Positions 50,591 to 60,965 are shown, counted from the first letter of the stretch. The stretch: 64,000 nucleotides of DNA from an uncultured Actinomycetes bacterium (GCA_963725665.1 CAVRZA010000011.1:606935-670934), one strand, 5' to 3'. A program made the numbers and translations. Notes: a model not told the origin generated them from the letters alone.

Positions 50591-50734
50591 TCACTCGACC
50601 CGCCCGAGCCCTTCCCGGGGTTGCGGGCGGGACCGGGCGGGGCGGCGCCGTTACGGCGCCGCCCCGCCCGTCTGCCACACAGCGGCTCTCGCCGCGTCGG
50701 CGGTGAGCGGCCGCGACGCCAAGGAGGTAGAGGC

Positions 50735-51083
50735 ATGGAGATGCAGCTCTTCCCGGCAGCCGCCATCGCCACCGAGCCGCTCGACGTCGGACCCACCAGC
50801 AAGCTGAGCCTCGTGGACGTGGTCGCGCGGCCGCAGGGCGCCGCCTTCACCGCCGGCGTCTGCGAGGTCTTCCCCGGCGACGCCGTCGACTTCGACTACG
50901 ACGGCGACGCGGCCGTCTGCTACATGCTCGAGGGCGAGATCACGCTGCGTGAGGGCGATGAGACGCAGGCCGTTCAGGCCCGGCGACGTCGTCTACATCC
51001 CGCAGAAAGAAGGGCTCGTCGTCTACTGGAGCACCGAGTCGTACGGCAAGTTCTTCTACGTGACCTACCCACACTGGCGCTGA
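50735..51083 (+). CDS. EutQ-like cupin (frameshift near 50970)
   Basis: YMLEGEITL then PGDVVYIP...FFYVTYPHWR* in a second frame. AGGAGG RBS. Confidence 0.75.
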
Positions 51084-51277
51084 TAGCCGGTCGGGCGGCG
51101 TGCCTGCGGGCACGCCGCCCGACCCCGCGGCGGGGCGGCGCCTCAACGGCGCCGCCCCGCCGCTTTCGTTTGCCTGAGGGAACACTAGGGCCAAATGCGG
51201 CGTCACGGGGCGCGGAAGCAGGGCAACGAGCCGTGCGACGTGGGCCCGCCTCACGCTGTATCGACAGAGGGTGACTT

Positions 51278-52030
51278 GTGGAGGAGAACGAGAACGGCAC
51301 CGTCGAGAGCGGCACCGTCGAGGACCGCGCCGTCGCGAACGGCACCGTCGAGAAGCCTCCAGTTCGCCTCAGCCGGCGCTGGTTCCTGGTGCTGGGCGCC
51401 GGCCTCGTCGCCGGCGTGACCGGCATGTCGCGTTTCGTCGCCGCGTGTGCCGGCGCGGTCTCAGGCGGCGCGACCTCGAGTGCGAGCGGCGCAACGTCGA
51501 CTCGCGTGCCCGACTTCTCGGGGCGCTTCCCCGTCCTCTACGTCGAGAACGAGGTGCCGACGGTGCGGCCCGAGCAGTGGGTCGTCGAGGTCGCCGGACT
51601 CGTCGAACAGCCGCTGAAGATCGACCATCAGCGCTGGACGACGCTGCCGCGCCTCACCTACACGAAGGACTTCCACTGCGTCGAGGGCTGGAGCGTCGAT
51701 AACGTCGACTGGAGCGGCGTCCGCGTCTCGGAGGTGCTGGCCCTGGCGAAACCCCTCCCGGCCGGCAAGTTCGTGAACTTCGTCGCCTACGGGGGGACCT
51801 ACACCGACGATCTCACGATGGCCGAGGCGCTCGCCGCCGACACCCTGCTCGCCGACACGGCCGAGGGCGTGGCGCTGGCGCCGGAGCACGGCGGTCCCGT
51901 GCGGCTCGTCATCCCGAGCCAGCTCGGCTACAAGAACGTCAAGTGGGTGGTGCGGCTGGAGGTCACCGCCGAGCGCCACAAGGGCTACTGGGAGCAGCGA
52001 GGGTACTCGGTCGAGGCGCCCGTCACCTGA
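51278..52030 (+). CDS. Molybdopterin oxidoreductase, sulfite oxidase/MsrP-like, Tat signal
   Basis: SRRWFL Tat motif, DFHCVEGWS, EHGGPVRL, YKNVKW, GYWEQRGY. Confidence 0.9.
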   Translation: MEENENGTVESGTVEDRAVANGTVEKPPVRLSRRWFLVLGAGLVAGVTGMSRFVAACAGAVSGGATSSASGATSTRVPDFSGRFPVLYVENEVPTVRPEQWVVEVAGLVEQPLKIDHQRWTTLPRLTYTKDFHCVEGWSVDNVDWSGVRVSEVLALAKPLPAGKFVNFVAYGGTYTDDLTMAEALAADTLLADTAEGVALAPEHGGPVRLVIPSQLGYKNVKWVVRLEVTAERHKGYWEQRGYSVEAPVT

Positions 52031-52032
52031 AG

Positions 52033-52296
52033 CTAGGTCAGGCCGAAGAAACGCCGCAATCGGGCGCGAAGGCCGCGCGGCGCTCTACCCTTGTCGCCGA
52101 TCTCCTCGGCGTGGCTGTTCCACGACTCGTCGGGCGCCTCCCAACGCTCGTCGGCGTCGACGGGCGCGTGCAACTTGTCCGCTTTGAGACGCACGCGCCC
52201 GGCGAAGCCGCCTGACGCAGCGCTGATGCCCGACCACTCCGGCTCGGTACTCTCGGCCGGCGGCTTCTCGGGGTTCACACCATGTGGCTCGTCCAT
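52033..52296 (-). CDS. Small hypothetical protein
   Basis: GGAGGAGG RBS before ATG 52296. No recognisable motif. Confidence 0.45.
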   Translation of the reverse strand: MDEPHGVNPEKPPAESTEPEWSGISAASGGFAGRVRLKADKLHAPVDADERWEAPDESWNSHAEEIGDKGRAPRGLRARLRRFFGLT

Positions 52297-52602
52297 CGCT
52301 CGTGCCTCCTCCGGCAGACGCTGGCAGCCATCATCATCCTGCGCAGGCAGATGGAAGTCCACGCTGTCGAGGACGGCATTGTCGCCGCGGCCGATCATGT
52401 CCGGCGGATGATCGATTCGCGGCGTGCAGCGGCGGTGTCGGGCAGTAGCGGTGTGAAGTCACCCTGAGGGAGCGAGCGCGCCCGTTTCGGCGGGCGCGTT
52501 CTGAAGCACAACAAGAGGCAGTGTCCGATGCGAGCCCGCCATGACGAGGCGGACGGACGCGTTGGCGGACGGACAGCCAGGCGCGGGCTCGCTATCCGTT
52601 TC

Positions 52603-54126
52603 ATGACGAGGAGCTTCCAGTGGACCGACCAGAGTCGAGACAGGGATCCGCGACAGCGCCGCGGACCAAGCGGCAGGGGCGTAACGGCGGACGCCGGCGG
52701 CAACGGCCGCGGTCCGCGAGAGCAGGCCGGCGACAAGCGTGGCCGGCGCGAACACGCCGGCCCCGAGGGCGCTTCGCCAGACGGGCGGGCAAGCCTCTCG
52801 CGCGAGCAGCTCGAGCGGTTCGACGAGACGTTCGCCGCCGATCCCAAGAACATCCTCGCTCTCAACGCCGTCACCGGTGGCAAGCTGCAGCAGGTGGCGC
52901 GCAGCCGTGAGGCCGTGATCCGCGCCGAGCGCACCTTCTCGCACGTGGTCAAGACCGCCGAGATCACCGATCAGAAACAGAGCGGGCGCTGCTGGATGTT
53001 CGCCGGCCTCAACGTCTTGCGCGTCGAGGCCATGAAGCGGCTCAAGGTCGAGCAGTTCGAGTTCTCGCAGAACTACCTCATGTTCTACGACAAGCTCGAG
53101 AAGGCGAACTTCTTCCTCGAGACGGTCATCCGGACGGCGGACGAACCGACCGATGGGCGCCTCATCAGCTTCCTGCTCCAAGATCCGATCCAGGACGGCG
53201 GACAGTGGGACATGTTCGCCAACCTCGTGCGCAAGTACGGCGTGGTGCCCAAGAGCGTCATGCCCGAGAGCGAGTCGAGCAGCTCGTCGATGGCCATGAA
53301 CGGCGCCGTGCGCGCCAAATTGCGCGAGTACGCCGCCGAGCTGCGTCGCCGGCACGGCGAGGGCGAGCCAGAGAGCGGCCTGCGCGAACGCAAGGCGGCC
53401 ATGCTGGAGACGATCCACCGCATGCTGACCATCACGCTGGGAGGCCCGCCGCGCGAGTTCGTCTGGCAGTGGCGCGACAAGGACGACGAGTTTCACCGCG
53501 ACGGCACGATCACTCCCCAGGAGTTCTACGAACGCTACGTCGGCTTCGACCTCGACGCGTTCGTGAGCCTCATCAACTGCCCCACGCCCGACAAGCCCTT
53601 CGCGCGCCTCTACACGGTGCAGTACCTGGGCAACGTCGAGGGCGGCGAGTCGATCCGCTATCTCAACGTCGACATCGAGACCTTCAAGCGAGCCGCCGTC
53701 GAGCAGCTCAAAGAAGGCGCACCGGTGTGGTTCGGCTGCGACGTCGGCAAGATGATGGAGCGCGACCTGGGCATCCTCGACCGCGAGCTCTACGACTACG
53801 AGCTCGTCTTCGGCACCGCGTTCACGGCCGACAAGGCGGAGCGCGTCGAGTACGGCCACAGCGTCATGACGCACGCCATGGTGCTCACCGGCGTCGACCT
53901 CGACGACGAGGATCACCCCACGAGGTGGAAGGTCGAGAACTCCTGGGGCGAGAAGTACGGCGAGAAGGGCTTCTTCGTCATGAGCGACCGCTGGTTCGAC
54001 GAGTACATGTTCGAGGTCGTGATCGAGAAGAAGTACCTGCCCGAGGAGCTGTTGTCAGTCTTGGCGACAGAGCCTATCGTGCTGCCGCCCTGGGACCCGA
54101 TGGGGTCGCTGGCGCGCTCACGGTAA
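52603..54126 (+). CDS. pepC: Aminopeptidase C / bleomycin hydrolase (peptidase C1B)
   Basis: DQKQSGRCW, DGGQW, MTHAM, ENSWG, PWDPMGSLA. Confidence 0.96.
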   Translation: MTRSFQWTDQSRDRDPRQRRGPSGRGVTADAGGNGRGPREQAGDKRGRREHAGPEGASPDGRASLSREQLERFDETFAADPKNILALNAVTGGKLQQVARSREAVIRAERTFSHVVKTAEITDQKQSGRCWMFAGLNVLRVEAMKRLKVEQFEFSQNYLMFYDKLEKANFFLETVIRTADEPTDGRLISFLLQDPIQDGGQWDMFANLVRKYGVVPKSVMPESESSSSSMAMNGAVRAKLREYAAELRRRHGEGEPESGLRERKAAMLETIHRMLTITLGGPPREFVWQWRDKDDEFHRDGTITPQEFYERYVGFDLDAFVSLINCPTPDKPFARLYTVQYLGNVEGGESIRYLNVDIETFKRAAVEQLKEGAPVWFGCDVGKMMERDLGILDRELYDYELVFGTAFTADKAERVEYGHSVMTHAMVLTGVDLDDEDHPTRWKVENSWGEKYGEKGFFVMSDRWFDEYMFEVVIEKKYLPEELLSVLATEPIVLPPWDPMGSLARSR

Positions 54127-54252
54127 GTCTGACGGGAGTTTCACGAGGCGGGGGGGTGGCGGGCCGCGAAAGCGGCCCGCCACCCCCGCAGCATATCGGC
54201 CGAAGCGGAGACGTGGGACCCGACCGTCAAGGTCGCGCGAGCGAGCGGAGGG

Positions 54253-54783
54253 TCACGCGAGCAGAGCGAGTATCTCGCGTTGGGAGGAGGCGTCGGCATC
54301 CTTCTGATCGATGGCGAGATTGACCTGCATGTTCGTCCTCGCCAGGGCCATGAGATCCTCGTCGATGGCATAGCTCTTCTGCTCTCGCAGCCAATCCAAC
54401 ACTCTCGCCAGGCGCCAGATGGTGGGTCTGCCCTCGTGCACGGGCGCCGGAGCGGGGGCTTTGCAGTCGAGGATCAGCTTCCTGACGTTCTGCCGCGAGA
54501 CGTGCAGCAATTCGGCAACGTCGGTCAATCCGACGAAGTCGGGCGATGCCTCGGTGAGCGCTGTCTCTGGAAGGGCGTGCCTGACGTCGGCGATCCCGCT
54601 CAGGACCGCGTCCATGGCGGAGTCGGCCTCACGAATGAAGCTGAGCGCGATGCGCCCCCTCTGCCCGATCCCGACGATGGCGTCGTCGCAGCCGCGGTCG
54701 CCGAGCCGCTCGACGCAGTCATCGATGTCGACATCCGGTGACGGCAGCGCGAACTTCAGGGCGAACTCGTAGTGCTTCACCAT
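54253..54783 (-). CDS. Putative antitoxin / DNA-binding protein (HicB-like N-terminus plus HTH)
   Basis: C-terminal VGLTDVAELLHVSRQNVRKL HTH. Starts 1 nt after the small upstream gene. Confidence 0.65.
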   Translation of the reverse strand: MVKHYEFALKFALPSPDVDIDDCVERLGDRGCDDAIVGIGQRGRIALSFIREADSAMDAVLSGIADVRHALPETALTEASPDFVGLTDVAELLHVSRQNVRKLILDCKAPAPAPVHEGRPTIWRLARVLDWLREQKSYAIDEDLMALARTNMQVNLAIDQKDADASSQREILALLA

Positions 54784-54784
54784 C

Positions 54785-55048
54785 TCAGTCCTCTTGCTCC
54801 TCCTGCACCCGCAGGCAGCCGTCTATGACCCGCCTGATCTGTCTGGCGTGATTCTCGGGCACCTTGGGAGTGCCCCAGATGATGGTGATGCAGTACTCAC
54901 CACAGCGACACTCGGGGTCGTTGTGGGGGCAGTACATCTTGCCCCATCCGTGTGCCCGTGGACCGAGAAGCTCGATGCGCCATCCATGTCTCTCTGCGTA
55001 CCGCAAGGCTTCTTCGATCCGAGCATCGGGATGGCGCCTTCGTGACAT
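54785..55048 (-). CDS. Putative HicA-like toxin, Cys-rich
   Basis: 87 aa: EALRYAERHGWRI..AHGWGKMYC..WGTP. AGGAGG RBS. Confidence 0.6.
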   Translation of the reverse strand: MSRRRHPDARIEEALRYAERHGWRIELLGPRAHGWGKMYCPHNDPECRCGEYCITIIWGTPKVPENHARQIRRVIDGCLRVQEEQED

Positions 55049-55065
55049 GCGCCCCCTCCTATCCG

Positions 55066-55103
55066 AGTATCGGCAGGAGAGGAGAGGTTGTCAAGTGACA
55101 ACC
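55066..55103 (-). promoter_or_regulatory. Promoter with operator palindrome
   Basis: TTGACA-N17-GATACT on the minus strand. GGTTGTCA-ag-TGACAACC (55086-55103) overlaps the -35. Confidence 0.8.
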
Positions 55104-55291
55104 ACTCGCCTTGCCCTTCCTGCCGTTCCATGACCCGCGGCGCCTATTCGCGAGAGTACGCCTCAGCGAAAGCCGAGTCCTGGGTCATAAAGAGCGATTC
55201 GGTTGACGTATGAATGGGAAGCGGTCGGGTTGATGCAGAAGACGTCACTCGCATCCGGCGAGGGGACTGCAGGGAGAAGTGACCAACACGG

Positions 55292-55338
55292 GAGGGCGGG
55301 GGCGCGGGGGCCGTGTCGGCCCCCGCGCCCCCGCCCCG
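55292..55338. terminator. GC-rich hairpin directly after the anti-sigma stop
   Basis: gggcgggggcgcgggggccg / cggcccccgcgcccccgccc inverted arms. Confidence 0.65.
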
Positions 55339-56916
55339 TCATGGGTTCCACTCTGTCAGCGAGTTGGCCACCTGCAGCAGCTCGCTGCGCGTCAGGTCGC
55401 CGTCGACGAGGAACTCTCTCTCGCCCGTGTTCACGATCAGCATCGGTGGCTTCTCGTAGGTGACCGAGACCTGCGCCGTGGAACCGGCAAGCTGGCCCGC
55501 GGTCAACGTGATGCTCTCGGACGATCCGTCGGCGCCGACCGACATGATGCCGTCGGCGCCTCCCCATGTCCTTACCTGGTCTCCGAGAGCGTGGGTGGCG
55601 ACGACGAACGTGTCGAACCCGCGCCGGTAGACGAGGGTGAGGCCCCTGTCGGCAGAAACCTGCGATCCCGTGTTCGAGCTCCAGGGCTTCTTCGCCTGGC
55701 AGACCACGGCCGCAAGGTGGTAGCCCGCCGGCAGCAGCGTCGGGATGAGCGGGCTGTAGTCCATCTTTCGTGTCGCCCAGCCAAGCGAGCCCGGACGGTA
55801 GCCGCTGTCGATGGTCGTCGTCACAGCTCCTGCCGGCGGGGATTGAGTGAAGAGGCCCTCGGCCTTGGGGGCGTTGAAGACGAGGTTCTCGAGCCGCTCT
55901 ACGCGCGTCAGGATCCCGTCGTGCGACGAGGCGAGCCTCACCGGGATGCCCGTCTGCTTGTCGATGACGATCGCCAGGTCTTGGAGATTTGAGGGAGCGC
56001 TCGGCTGGGTTGTGGCGGCTGGCTGCGGCTCGGGCGCGGGCCCGGTGAGCTGCCAGGCCGCACGTCCCTGATAGGTCACGTCTGCGACGCTGAAGCCCGG
56101 CGCCCCCTCGTCAAGGATGCCGCGGACGTACGTGCCGAGCATGTGGTTGAGGCGCGCGAACGGGTCGGAGGGGCTGCCTGGTAGGTCGTTGGCGCCGCTG
56201 TACACGGTGTACGACGAAGCTGTCCCCGGTCGTTCGACGAGCTCGCACACGGTGTTCGAGCGGCTGTCCACGGTGGTGACGAAGTGGCTTCCCTGGGCCG
56301 TGTCGCCGCCTTCGATGCGCAGGTCGCCCTGCGCCGTCAGAACGAACCTCAAGCGCATCTCGACAGCCGTGCTCGGCGAGGCGTCAGCCAACGCGGGCTC
56401 TGCGTCGCCCAAGGCCGCGAACTGGGCCGGGCTCTCGTTCACCTGTCGAGCGGCGGCACCGGTGATCACAAGGTCGCCCTGAAGGGTTGTGGTGGAGGCC
56501 ATCGCCTCGTCCATCTTGGCGCGCGCGGCGGCGACGCTCGGGGCCGGCCCGGTGACCGTGGTCGCACCGGGCAGGCCGATGAGGACGACGCCCAGCGCGA
56601 AGGCGGCCGCTACGGCGGCCGCTACGGCGAACCGCAGCCGCCGCCCGCCCCACCAGCGCCGCGCCGGCCGGCGCCGCCACGGGGCGCGCCTCGGCGTCTG
56701 CGTCGTCGAGGCGCGCCATCAGGTTCGTCATGAAGCTCGGGTCCGGCGGCGGCACGGGCGCCGCCTTGACCGGCGCCCACAGGGTCCGGTCGTCGGGCTC
56801 CTGCGTCGGGCTGCCCTCGTCTTCCGCGTCGGGCGTGCGACCCACGTCGTCTGCCTCGGGCGGACGGCCCATGTCGTCCTCGTCGAACGGCGGATGGTCG
56901 CGTCGCGTTCGTCCAT
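55339..56916 (-). CDS. Putative anti-sigma factor with TM helix and LolA/RseB-like extracytoplasmic region (frameshifts near 56885 and 56660)
   Basis: Follows ECF sigma. APVPPPDPSFMTNLMARL, TM FAVAAAVAAAFALGVVLIGL, then TYQGRAAW, IDKQTGIP, PTLLPAGY, LTRSELLQVANSL. Confidence 0.7.
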
Positions 56917-57580
56917 CAGATCCCCCCGGTCCTCGCCCGAGTCGGTCATGCGGGCCCTGCGTTCCTCGAGAGCCTTGCGTAGCTTGGTCCTGGCGGCGGC
57001 CATGCGTGAGGCGACCGTACCCACCGGCACCTCGAGGATGTCCGCCGCCTCCGCGTATTCGAACCCCTGCACGCCGACTAAGAGCACCGTCGCCCGCTGC
57101 TCCGGGGGCAGGGTGTGCAGGATCTCAACGACGGCGTGCGTGTCGCCGACGGCGTCGGCCGGATCGTCGTCGAAGACCCGTTCGTCGACCGGCAGTTCAC
57201 CGTCGGCCGTCAGCGTCACTCGTCCTCCCCGGCGCAGGTGGTCGAGGCAGGTGGTGTAGGTGATGCGGTAGAGCCAGGTGCCGAGGGCCGACTCCTCGCG
57301 AAAGGCAGGCAGCGCCTTGTAGGCCTTGACGTAGGCGTCTTGCAGCGCGTCGTCGGTGAGGTTCGCGTCCCTGAGTAGATGGAAGGCCAGGGAGCGCAGA
57401 CGTGCGTCGTAGTGCGTGACGATGGCGGCGAACGCGGCGTGGTCGCGGCGGCGCGCGGCCAGCAACGTCAACTCGTCGATCTCGCCTCGCTGCTCGTGCT
57501 CGTCCAGCTTCGTCTTCCCTCGCGCGAGGGCGCCGGCGAGGATGCCTGTTGCGCCGGCGCCACGCCGCGATGGTACACGA
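56916..57580 (-). CDS. ECF RNA polymerase sigma factor (ends approximate, frameshifted)
   Basis: DALQDAYVKAYKALPAFREESALGTWLYRI and LPPEQR..VPVGTVASRMAAAR. Confidence 0.9.
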
Positions 57581-57742
57581 GTGAACGGAGCGGTGGATAC
57601 GACCGGCGCGTACAGCTTGACCCTCCGTGACGACTCTGGAGCCCACCGGCGGGCCCGTCCCTCCGCCAGCTTAGACGGAGGCGCGCGCGCGGCGTTATCG
57701 AGCGCGGGGCAGAGGGGACTTCGCGCGCGCTGACCTCTTGCC

Positions 57743-59060
57743 CTAAGGGCTTTTGGGCTTGAGCGAGTTGGCGACCTGCCAGAACTCGTAGGGCAGGAGG
57801 TCGCCCGAGAAGCGGGCGACCTCCTGCCCGTCCTCGACGAAGAGGCCCGGACCCACGAACTCGAAGGTGCCCTGCGCGCCGCCGTAAACCCATGTGCGCG
57901 CCGGCTGCCCCGCGAACGGCCCGTGGTCGAGGTCGCGCGTGCGCAGACCCGCGAACTCCTCCCACTGCGGAGTCATGCCGAAGGGCGCCGTCTGCAGTCG
58001 CAACTGGTAGGACTCGAGGCCATCGCGATACACGAGCCACAGGTCAGTCGCCAGCCCGAAGGATCCATGGCGGCCCGTCTGCGCCGTCGCGACCTGCGAC
58101 AACTCGAAGCCCGACAGCGTGAAGGTGGGGAGGAGCGCCGTCACGCCCGCCAGGGTCTCCGCCTCGCCCAGGGAGACGAAGTGAAAGAGGCCCTCTGTGG
58201 TGGCGGCCACGCCGGAGGGTTCGGAGGTGTCGAAGGCGCTCCGCGGTACGTCGGCGTTCGGCGTGAGGTCGCCGTACTCGATCTCGGCCCGCCAGCCGTC
58301 GGCGAAGGCGAGCGTCATAGTGCTTGTGAGTCCGGTAGCCTGATCGACGACCAGGCGTTCGCTCGACAGCACGCGACCCGTGGGAGGCGACGGCCAGGGG
58401 ATCGGCACGGTCGTCGCCCACACCGCCCGGCCGCCGCTCGTGCTGCCGGCGATCGCGGCGTTCCCCTGCGCCGCGAGGGCCGCCCGCGCGGTCGAGGCAA
58501 ACTCGGGAGCGAGGGGTCCGAGCCCCTGGAGATCCTCGGTGCCGGGCAGCACGGCGAAGCTGGGCACGTCGGTCTGGACGGTCCAGCGATCGGCGGGCGA
58601 GGGCCGGCGCAAGAGGCGAGCCCGACGGCAGAGGCTCCAGCATGCCCGTCGACGGCTGCACCGTGGCCGGCTCCCAGGAGCGCGTCGCGAGCGTGTGGTC
58701 GTCGGCGTTGTAGATCAGAAGCGAGCGCCGGTACTGCGTCGCGCTCGCTCGCACCGGGAGCCGCCGCCACTCGGTCTCGAGGCGGTAGTCGCCGCGCGAC
58801 GTCGCGGCGAACGAGAAGGCGTACGTCTGTGTCCCCAGGGTGGTGGTGAGGCGCACGACTCCGCGGCCGGTCATGCTGTCGGCCGCCCTCAGCGCCGCGT
58901 TCATCGTGGCCGCGAGCTCCGCCGCCGTCGTGTCGCGTCGCGTCGGCGCATGGGATCCGGAGGAACCGCAGGAGCCCACAAGCCACGGGACCAGCAGCAC
59001 CGCCAGCGCGGCGAGAAGCGTGGATCGGGCGCGGCCCACCATTCGCATGGTGTGCGGCAT
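57743..59060 (-). CDS. Lipoprotein paralogous to the extracytoplasmic part of the neighbouring anti-sigma (frameshift near 58615)
   Basis: Lipobox LVGSC. Blocks GGRAVW, VDQATGL, LLPTFTLSGF, LVYRDG, GDLLPYEFWQVANSL. Confidence 0.7.
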
Positions 59061-59080
59061 CGTGCTACCCGTGGCGGTCG

Positions 59081-60422
59081 CTAGCGGCCCGCCTCGACCG
59101 GCAGGCGATCGTGGAAGAAGACCGCCTCCCCCACGGGACGCAGGCAATGCGGCATCGCGACGGCCTGGCAGTAGCAGCCGACGCCGACGATCGCCAGCAC
59201 GTCGCCCTCCCGCGTCGGCGGCAGGGGGTAGTCCTCGGCGAACAGGTCGGGCGCCTCGTTGATGTGTCCCGAGACGGTCACGCGCTGCGTGCGCGGCGCG
59301 TCGGCGGCGGTGCAGTGGACGAGCTCGACGAACTCGCCCCAGACGAAGCGCAGCGGCATGACGTTAAAGCCGGCGGCGAGGCCGACGAAGGTCGTGCCGA
59401 GCCGCTCTTCGACGGTCACGACCTCGGCCAGCAGCACGCCGGCGTGCTTGTTGAAGAACTCGCCCGGCTCGGTGCCGACCGTCACGCCGAGCGGCCCCAG
59501 ATGCCGCGCCAGACTCTGTGCCCAGGCGTCGAGGTCGAGCGGGCTATCGCCCTCCTGCAGCGGCGTGCCGAGGCCGCCGCCGGTGTTGACCTCCTCGATC
59601 GGGCAGCCCGCATCCTGCAGCCGGCGCACCATTGGGGCAGCCTTGGCTACCGCGGCGTCGAATGCCGGCAGGTCCTCGTCGAGCAACTGGTGAGCGAGGT
59701 GGAAGTGGACGGTGTCGATGGTGAGGTCGTGTCGCCGCGCCACCGCGAGCGCGTCGTCGAGCTGCTCGGGGTAGATGCCGAACTTCGTCGGCTTCTCGCC
59801 GCTGTAGACACCGAAGCGCAGCTCGTCAGTGGGCGAGGAGCCGACCGGCACGTAGGCGTGGGCGGCGCCGGCCCGGGGGTTCACGCGGATGCCGACGCGA
59901 CCCCCGGGCCGGCGCCGCCCGAAGCGCTCGAGCTGCGTCAGCAGATCGACGTTCACGTGCACGCCCGACGCCAGGACGGCGTCGAGGTCGGCGTCGCTGA
60001 GGTTCGTCCCCGTGAAGCTGATCTCGGAGGGCAGCCAGCCGTTGGCGAGGCCGTGCTGCACCTCGCCCGGCGAGCAGACGTCGAGCCCGACACCGCTCGC
60101 GAGCCCCCGCCGCCGCCGCTCGCGCCGCCGCTCGCCTCATCGCCTGCGCCCAGCGCCCTCACGGCGGCCAGGATCTCAGGCTCGCGCTGCGCCTTGAGCG
60201 CCAGTCTGACGCGGAAGCGCAGGCCGCTCGCGGCCAGGGCGCGTTGCACGGCTCGGATCTGCTCCACGACGTGCTCGACGTCGTAGACGTAGAGGGGGCT
60301 GCCGTGCTCGCGCACGAGCTCGTCGGCGTCGCGCCCGGCGATGAGCAGGCGGCCGTCGCCGGATCTCGAGACCGGGTCTCACCCACCAGGTCCGGGGACT
60401 CGTCTCGTCGGCGCCACGCCAT
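59081..60422 (-). CDS. Diaminopimelate decarboxylase-like PLP enzyme (fold III), about 2 frameshifts
   Basis: HGSPLYVYD, LALKAQ, LDVCSPGE, IRVNP, KFG, HFHL, GGGLG, EPGEF. Confidence 0.85.
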
Positions 60423-60623
60423 CCTGCTCCTCCTTCGCCCACGTTGAGCTGCCGGCTGCGCCGACTTCGTCCGAGCGGGACCGCAGCGCTGAGCAGCGGT
60501 GCAGTCAATGCTACGGAGCCAGACCGCGGGGAGGCAAATCAGGCCCGACCACACAACGTCACCCTGTGATGTATTGATGATATGATGCGTGCAACCCGAT
60601 ACTCCTGGACCATGGAGTGCATC

Positions 60624-60944
60624 ATGCGCACCACGCTCACCATCGACTCGCAGGTGCTGGCCGAGTTCAAGAAACAGGCTGCCGAGACGCACCGCACGCT
60701 CAGCGGGCTCATCGAGGCCGCGCTGCGCGAGCATCTGGCACGGCAACGCGACGTCGCCAGCACCAAGCCCCTCGAGTTTCCCATCGTCGGCGGGAGCGGG
60801 CTTGCGCCGGGAATAGACCCTGCCAGCAACGCCGCGCTGCTCGACTTCGTCGACGAGGCCGACGGCGTCTACGAGCGCTTCCGCCCGGGAGGCGGCAAGG
60901 CGGCCGGAAGCGGCCCTTCTCGGCGGCGCACACACGATGAGTGA
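60624..60944 (+). CDS. VapB-type ribbon-helix-helix antitoxin
   Basis: MRTTLTIDSQVL..RTLSGLIEAALR..GLAPGID. Confidence 0.85.
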   Translation: MRTTLTIDSQVLAEFKKQAAETHRTLSGLIEAALREHLARQRDVASTKPLEFPIVGGSGLAPGIDPASNAALLDFVDEADGVYERFRPGGGKAAGSGPSRRRTHDE

Positions 60945-60965
60945 CGGCGTCTAGAGCGCCCGGTC

